A stretch of DNA of 51,723 bases from Verrucomicrobiota bacterium. GTDB lineage: Bacteria; Verrucomicrobiota; Verrucomicrobiia; Limisphaerales; UBA9464. Within the stretch, counting starts at the first letter, position 1. Each line of letters begins with the position of its first letter. A program made the translations under genes and the position numbers. Location: NCBI GenBank assembly GCA_947454005.1, contig CANGMH010000002.1, positions 1 to 51,723 on the forward strand, in the 5' to 3' direction. The notes beneath the pieces are model-generated. The model was not told the DNA's origin, ran no database searches, and saw nothing but the letters and a program-made list of their open reading frames with translations. Of this stretch, positions 47,089 to 51,723 are shown piece by piece.

Positions 47089-48075
47089 TCAGAAATAGCG
47101 GACGAACGCTTTCGCGCGGAGCTTGCTGATCCATTTCTTCCGCAGGCGCTCGCGTTCGACGCCCTTCAGGGTCGCCTCCACATCGTCCCGGACCTCGGTG
47201 AGCGGACGGACCCGCGCTTCTTCCCGGGCCTCGACCTTGACGAGGAAGATGGCGCCGTCGGTCTCGATGAGCGGGCTCAGGTCGCCCGCCTTGGCGTTGA
47301 ACGCGAAATCGCGGAGCTCTTTGCGCAGGTCGCTGTCCTTGTTCTCGACCCAGCCTTGGTCGCCGCGGAGGCCGCCCTTGAAACGACGGGCGTCGTCCGA
47401 GGACTCGTCGGCGAGTTTCCCGAAATCGGCGCCGGCCTTGGCCTTCGCCAGGACCTCGTCAGCGATCTTCCTCGGTTCGCCCGCGGCGTGCCGGCTCTTG
47501 TCGATCAGGATCATCCGGACCTTGGCGCGGTCGCCGACCCGGTACTTCTCCTGGTTCTCCGTGTAGAAGCGCTCGATCTTCTTGGGCGAGATGACCAGGT
47601 TCTGGTTGATGTTCTTGATGGTCATCTGGCTGACCACGAACGCGTCGCGTTCGTCCTTGCGGAAGCTCTCGTAGGTCTGGTTGCGCTCGTGGAGCGTCTT
47701 CGTGAGCGTGAGGCGGTCGCCGAACTCTTCTTTGACCCGCGCGCCGACGACATCATCGATGATCGATTCGGGCAGGTTGTATCCCGCGGTCTTGAACTCG
47801 TGGATGATCAGGTCGCGCTCGATTAGCTGCTCCAACCCGTCGCGCAGGACGGTCTGCCGGCGCTGCTCGAACTCCGCCATCTTGCCTCGCGGCAGGAGCT
47901 GGTTCTCCAGCCCTTTGATGGCGCGGCGCGTGAAGAGGTTGACGTCGTCGAACGTGATCACCGACTCGTTCACGATAGCGGCGACGCCGTTCAACAGCTC
48001 GGTCCCGGCGGCGCGTGTCGGGAGCACGAAGGCCGCGGCCGCCAGCGGCGCGAGGACGAAGCGTTTCCAGTTCAT
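47089..48075 (-). CDS. SurA-like periplasmic chaperone / parvulin-type peptidyl-prolyl isomerase
   Basis: 328 aa from ATG 48075-48073, with signal peptide MNWKRFVLAPLAAAAFVLPTRA. It has a SurA N-terminal-like domain and a PpiC region, FGKLADESSDD...GGLRGDQGW. The rest of track ORF 47089..49146 is antisense to the GT2 gene. Confidence 0.8.
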   Translation of the reverse strand: MNWKRFVLAPLAAAAFVLPTRAAGTELLNGVAAIVNESVITFDDVNLFTRRAIKGLENQLLPRGKMAEFEQRRQTVLRDGLEQLIERDLIIHEFKTAGYNLPESIIDDVVGARVKEEFGDRLTLTKTLHERNQTYESFRKDERDAFVVSQMTIKNINQNLVISPKKIERFYTENQEKYRVGDRAKVRMILIDKSRHAAGEPRKIADEVLAKAKAGADFGKLADESSDDARRFKGGLRGDQGWVENKDSDLRKELRDFAFNAKAGDLSPLIETDGAIFLVKVEAREEARVRPLTEVRDDVEATLKGVERERLRKKWISKLRAKAFVRYF

Positions 48076-48105
48076 GGCGGCGGACCCTACCCCGACGCGG
48101 CTCCG

Positions 48106-49083
48106 ATGTCCAAAGCCCAAACACCCGAATCGGCCGTCCTGCAATCGCCGTCCTACGGCGCGAGGAAGCGGGGTCCGATGGACGTTGGACTTCGCGCCGG
48201 GGACGCGGGACAATCCTTGCGGCCCGTGACAGCCACCGCCCCCAGCCTTGTCCTGCTCATCCCCGCCTACAACGAGGAGAAGCGGATCGGTCCCGTGCTC
48301 GCGCGCTATGCCGAGCATTTCTACCACCATTATCCCGGACGGATCCGCATCGTGGTGGTTCTGAACGGGTGCCGCGACGACACCATCGGCGTCGTCCGCG
48401 CGGCCGAGCAGAAGTACCTCAGCATCTCGCACCTCGAGTTCCCCGGGCGCATCGGCAAGGGCGGCGCGCTCATCGAGGGACTCAAGCTCGCGCCGCTCGC
48501 CGACCTCATCGGTTATGTCGACGCCGACGGAGCGACTCCGCCCGCGGCGTTCCTCGATCTCGTCACCCGGATCGGCGCCGGCGAGGCGGATTGTGTCGTG
48601 GCTTCGCGGTGGGTCCCCGGTGCCAAGGTCGCGCACGCCCAGCCGGAGAAGCGCCGGTTCGCCAGCCGGTTGTTCCATCTCTTCGTCGAGTGCTTCTTCT
48701 GGATGGGCCTGAAGGACACGCAATGCGGCGCGAAGGTGATGACCCGGCGCGCGATGGAGATGGTGCATCCTAAGCTCCGGCTCGCCGACCTCGCCTTCGA
48801 CGTGAACCTGCTCTATTCGCTGATGCGCGCGGGGTTCTCGGTGAAGGAGGTCGCGACCGAATGGAACGACCAATCCGGCTCGCACGTGGTCTTCAACGGG
48901 AAGACCTCGCTGAACATGCTGCTCTCGCTCGTCCGGCTGCGCCTGCTCTATTCGCCGTTCTATGCGTGGCTTCGACCGCTGCGACCTCTGGAGACATGGC
49001 TCTACAAGTCGCTCAACGCGCCGCCGCCCCGGTCGTCCGCCGAAGCGGACACCGACACCCTCCGCAAGACGCCGCGTGTCTGA
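48106..49083 (+). CDS. Family 2 glycosyltransferase (polyprenol-phosphate glycosyltransferase-like)
   Basis: It has LVLLIPAYNEEKRI, the DAD motif in YVDADGAT, and two C-terminal helices (GtrB/DPM1-like layout). Confidence 0.8.
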   Translation: MSKAQTPESAVLQSPSYGARKRGPMDVGLRAGDAGQSLRPVTATAPSLVLLIPAYNEEKRIGPVLARYAEHFYHHYPGRIRIVVVLNGCRDDTIGVVRAAEQKYLSISHLEFPGRIGKGGALIEGLKLAPLADLIGYVDADGATPPAAFLDLVTRIGAGEADCVVASRWVPGAKVAHAQPEKRRFASRLFHLFVECFFWMGLKDTQCGAKVMTRRAMEMVHPKLRLADLAFDVNLLYSLMRAGFSVKEVATEWNDQSGSHVVFNGKTSLNMLLSLVRLRLLYSPFYAWLRPLRPLETWLYKSLNAPPPRSSAEADTDTLRKTPRV

Positions 49084-50362
49084 GAAGCCCCTGCCCCGAC
49101 CGTCGTCCGCCGAGGCCGCGCGTTTCTGGCTGGAACTCGGGTTCATCTCGTTCGGCGGACCGGCGGGGCAGATCGCAATCCTGCACGAAGAACTCGTGGA
49201 GAGACGGCGCTGGGTCGACGAGGAGCGGTTCCAGCACGCGCTGAACTATTGCATGTTGCTGCCCGGCCCGGAGGCACAGCAATTGGCGACCTATCTCGGA
49301 TGGCTCTTCCACGGTTGGAGAGGCGGTGTCGTCGCGGGGACGCTCTTCTTCCTGCCCGCCGCGGTGCTCTTGTGGATCCTCAGCTGGATCTATGTCACCT
49401 ACGGACAGTTGGCCGGGATGGCGGCGATCTTCTACGGACTGAAGCCGGCGGTCGTCGCGCTCGTCGCCTCGGCCATGCTTCGGATCGGGAAGCGGTCGCT
49501 TTCGGGTCCGCTGCGATGGGGTCTCGCGGTCGCTGCGTTGCTGCTGGTCGCGGTGGCTAAGGTCCCGTTCCCGTTCGTCGTGCTCGGTGCGGGGATCATC
49601 GGTTGGGCTGTCGCCCGGCATCCGGATCGGAGCGAGGGCCCGCCGACGAACGACAAGAATCCGACCGCGGCCGGTCGCGGACCGTTGGGCATCGCCATCG
49701 GGACCGCCGTGATCTGGCTCGCCATCTGGTGGATCCCGCTGATCGCCCTCGGCATGGCGCTGGGTTGGGACCACACGGTCGCACGGCAAGGAGTGTTCTT
49801 CAGCGAAGCATCGATGGTCACCTTCGGCGGCGCGTATGCTGTGCTGCCCCACGTCCAAGCACAGGCGGTCGGTGTCTTCGGATGGCTCACGCAGGCGCAG
49901 TTCCTCGACGGTCTGGCGTTGGGCGAGACGACCCCGGGGCCGCTGGTGATCGTGCTGCAATGGGTCGGGTTCCTCGGCGGATGGCACAGGCCCGGAACCC
50001 TCTCGCCGCTACTCGCGGCGACGCTCGGATCGGCGGCCACGACCTGGGCGACGTTCGCGCCGAGCTTCCTCTGGATCTTCACCGGCGCGCCGTTCATCGA
50101 GCGTCTCCGTCACCGCACCGACCTCACCGCGGCGCTCGGGGCGGTGACCGCCGCGGTCGTGGGCGTGATCGCGACGCTCGCCGGCCAGCTCGCGTTCCAT
50201 GTCGCGAGTCCCGGCGGCACCGGCGTCGATCCGTTTGCCTGCGCGCTCACCGTCGCCGCGTTCGCCGCGATGACCTCCGGTAAGATCCGGCCCATCCCCT
50301 GCATCGTCGCCTGCGGCGCGATCGGCTCGGTCTGGGAACTCTTCGTCGCGCCGCGGTTCTGA
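49076..50362 (+). CDS. chrA: Chromate transporter ChrA (duplicated CHR domains)
   Basis: FWLELGFISFGGPAGQIAILHEELVERRRW and a second repeat, VTFGGAYAVLPHV, mark the duplicated CHR domains. The start is uncertain. I favour the in-frame GTG at 49076 over the ATG at 48962, which would overlap the GT2 gene by 122 nt. Confidence 0.8.
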   Translation: MSEKPLPRPSSAEAARFWLELGFISFGGPAGQIAILHEELVERRRWVDEERFQHALNYCMLLPGPEAQQLATYLGWLFHGWRGGVVAGTLFFLPAAVLLWILSWIYVTYGQLAGMAAIFYGLKPAVVALVASAMLRIGKRSLSGPLRWGLAVAALLLVAVAKVPFPFVVLGAGIIGWAVARHPDRSEGPPTNDKNPTAAGRGPLGIAIGTAVIWLAIWWIPLIALGMALGWDHTVARQGVFFSEASMVTFGGAYAVLPHVQAQAVGVFGWLTQAQFLDGLALGETTPGPLVIVLQWVGFLGGWHRPGTLSPLLAATLGSAATTWATFAPSFLWIFTGAPFIERLRHRTDLTAALGAVTAAVVGVIATLAGQLAFHVASPGGTGVDPFACALTVAAFAAMTSGKIRPIPCIVACGAIGSVWELFVAPRF

Positions 50363-50382
50363 TCGCGCGGACGGACCGCACA

Positions 50383-51672
50383 TCACCTCCGGTGGGCCAG
50401 CACGGTTTTCTGATGGCGCTCCACTTCGGCGAGCCAATCCCCGCCGACCGGCACGCCTTCGGTCTCACAGAACCGGTCCCACACCGCGCCGATCGGCAGG
50501 AAGCGTGATTCCTCCTGGAGCGCGAGCCGCGCCGTCCTGTCGCCCGCGATCTCGGCGGCGCGGATGGAGGGCGGTTCGAGCAACGCGAGGAGCAGGGCGC
50601 GCTGCAGGTTCCGCGCGCCGATGACCCAGGCCGCGATGCGGTCGATGCTCGCGTCGAAGTAATCGAGCCCGAGATGGATCCGGTCCGCCTTGCCGCCGGC
50701 GACGACCTCGCGGGCGATCGATTGGAGCGCGTCGGTGAAGGTCACGACATGGTCGCTGTCCCACCGCACGCCGCGGCTGACATGGAGCAGGATCGCCGGC
50801 ACGTGCAGCAGCACGCTCGAGATCTTGTCGGCGACGTCCTCGGTCGGATGGAAATGCCCGGCATCCAGGCAGAGCAGCTTGCGCCGCGTGATGGCGTAGC
50901 CGAGGTAGAACTCGTGGGACCCGACCGTGCAGCTCTCCGCGCCGATGCCGAAGAGCTTCGGTTCGACCGCGTCGAGATGGTGCTTCTGCGGCAGCGGTGC
51001 CTTGAAGACCTCGTCCAGCGCGGCGACGAGGCGTTCGCGCGGCGCTTGGCGATCGGCCGGCGTGTCCTTGAACCCGTCGGGGATCCAGACGTTGGTGACG
51101 CAGGGCGATCCCAAGGCCTTGCCCATCGCCGCGCCGATGGCGCGGGACCGCCGACAATGCTCGATCCAGAAACCACGGATCCCTGGATCCGCGTGGGAAA
51201 GGGTGAAGCCGTCGGCGGCTTTCGGATGGGCGAAGCAGGTCGGATTGAAATCGAGCCCCAGCCCGTTCGTCTTGGCCCAAGCGATCCAGTCGCGGAAGTG
51301 GGCCGTCTCGATCGCGTCGCGGTCCACGCGGTGTCCGCCGAACTCGCCGTACATCGCGTGCAGGTTCACGCGATGCTTCCCGGGGATGAGCGAGAGCGCC
51401 TTCTCGAGATCGGCACGCAGTTCGGTCGCTGTCCGGGCCTTGCCCATCCGATTGCCGGTGACAGCCAATCCTCCGCCCAAGGCCGACCCCGATCCTTCGA
51501 ACCCGCCGACATCGTCACCTTGCCAGCATTGGATCGAGATGCGGAAGGCCGCGAGCGTCGCCAACGCCGACTCCGTGTCCACGCCGGAGAGACCGTAGCG
51601 TTCGCGGGCCGTCCGATAAGCGGTAGCGACCAGAGCACGACGTTTTGAAGACGCGCGGCGGGGCTGTTCCAT
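50383..51672 (-). CDS. rhaA: L-rhamnose isomerase (E. coli RhaA type)
   Basis: It is collinear with E. coli RhaA from memory: [64 protein letters not shown]. The track start at 51681 is a TTG, and the ATG lies at 51672-51670. Confidence 0.92.
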   Translation of the reverse strand: MEQPRRASSKRRALVATAYRTARERYGLSGVDTESALATLAAFRISIQCWQGDDVGGFEGSGSALGGGLAVTGNRMGKARTATELRADLEKALSLIPGKHRVNLHAMYGEFGGHRVDRDAIETAHFRDWIAWAKTNGLGLDFNPTCFAHPKAADGFTLSHADPGIRGFWIEHCRRSRAIGAAMGKALGSPCVTNVWIPDGFKDTPADRQAPRERLVAALDEVFKAPLPQKHHLDAVEPKLFGIGAESCTVGSHEFYLGYAITRRKLLCLDAGHFHPTEDVADKISSVLLHVPAILLHVSRGVRWDSDHVVTFTDALQSIAREVVAGGKADRIHLGLDYFDASIDRIAAWVIGARNLQRALLLALLEPPSIRAAEIAGDRTARLALQEESRFLPIGAVWDRFCETEGVPVGGDWLAEVERHQKTVLAHRR

Positions 51673-51723
51673 GTGCCCCAAAGAAGCGGAGAGCCCGGTG
51701 CGCCGTCGAGGAAAAGAGCGGCG

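Overview
This is a 51.7-kb high-GC chromosomal segment. Hand-counted 60-nt coding lines are mostly 62-70% GC. The gene content looks like a PVC-superphylum / Verrucomicrobiota (Opitutaceae-like) genome: a PVC-type CxxCH heme-binding dehydrogenase, a PEP-CTERM protein, a sulfatase, a sialidase-like BNR protein and a giant subtilase. That taxonomic call is inference. I can support about 42 protein genes. The window opens with a partial recQ that the ORF track misses because it runs off the 5' edge. I found no rRNA, tRNA or CRISPR. Most long ORFs in the track are antisense or alternate-frame shadows typical of high-GC DNA. The track also labels GTG/TTG starts as M, so I re-checked start codons by hand. 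The main blocks are listed in window order. (1) A minus-strand array of circularly permuted ATP-grasp, acyltransferase-3, alpha-E, BNR/sialidase-like and sulfatase genes. (2) DUF971, a small Cys-rich secreted protein, mobA and the PVC heme-binding dehydrogenase. (3) A REPtron (a RAYT-type Y1 transposase flanked by a perfect 29-bp inverted repeat plus tandem REP hairpins), followed by a low-GC orphan membrane gene placed directly behind dnaN. (4) dnaN with a perfect DnaA box upstream. (5) An ACE-like M2 peptidase convergent with a prolyl oligopeptidase. (6) rsmD coupled to a secreted serine hydrolase, then DUF362 and TPR proteins. (7) A 1751-aa S8 protease behind an APC permease and a PEP-CTERM SGNH hydrolase. 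(8) A rhamnose operon on the minus strand: ABC transporter, unknown secreted protein, rhaM, lutABC. rhaA lies 9 kb away. (9) A lower-GC block holding mnmG, two perfect parS palindromes, a small membrane protein with a ParB-like N-terminal peptide, and an aldo/keto reductase. (10) DUF456, ndk, a SurA-like PPIase, a GT2 glycosyltransferase and chrA. dnaN, the DnaA box, mnmG and parS together suggest the window is origin-proximal. The candidates I consider most worth follow-up are the parS pair with the ParB-peptide membrane protein, the amidoligase pair split by a membrane acyltransferase, the REPtron with its low-GC cargo next to dnaN, and the unknown secreted protein embedded in the rhamnose operon.
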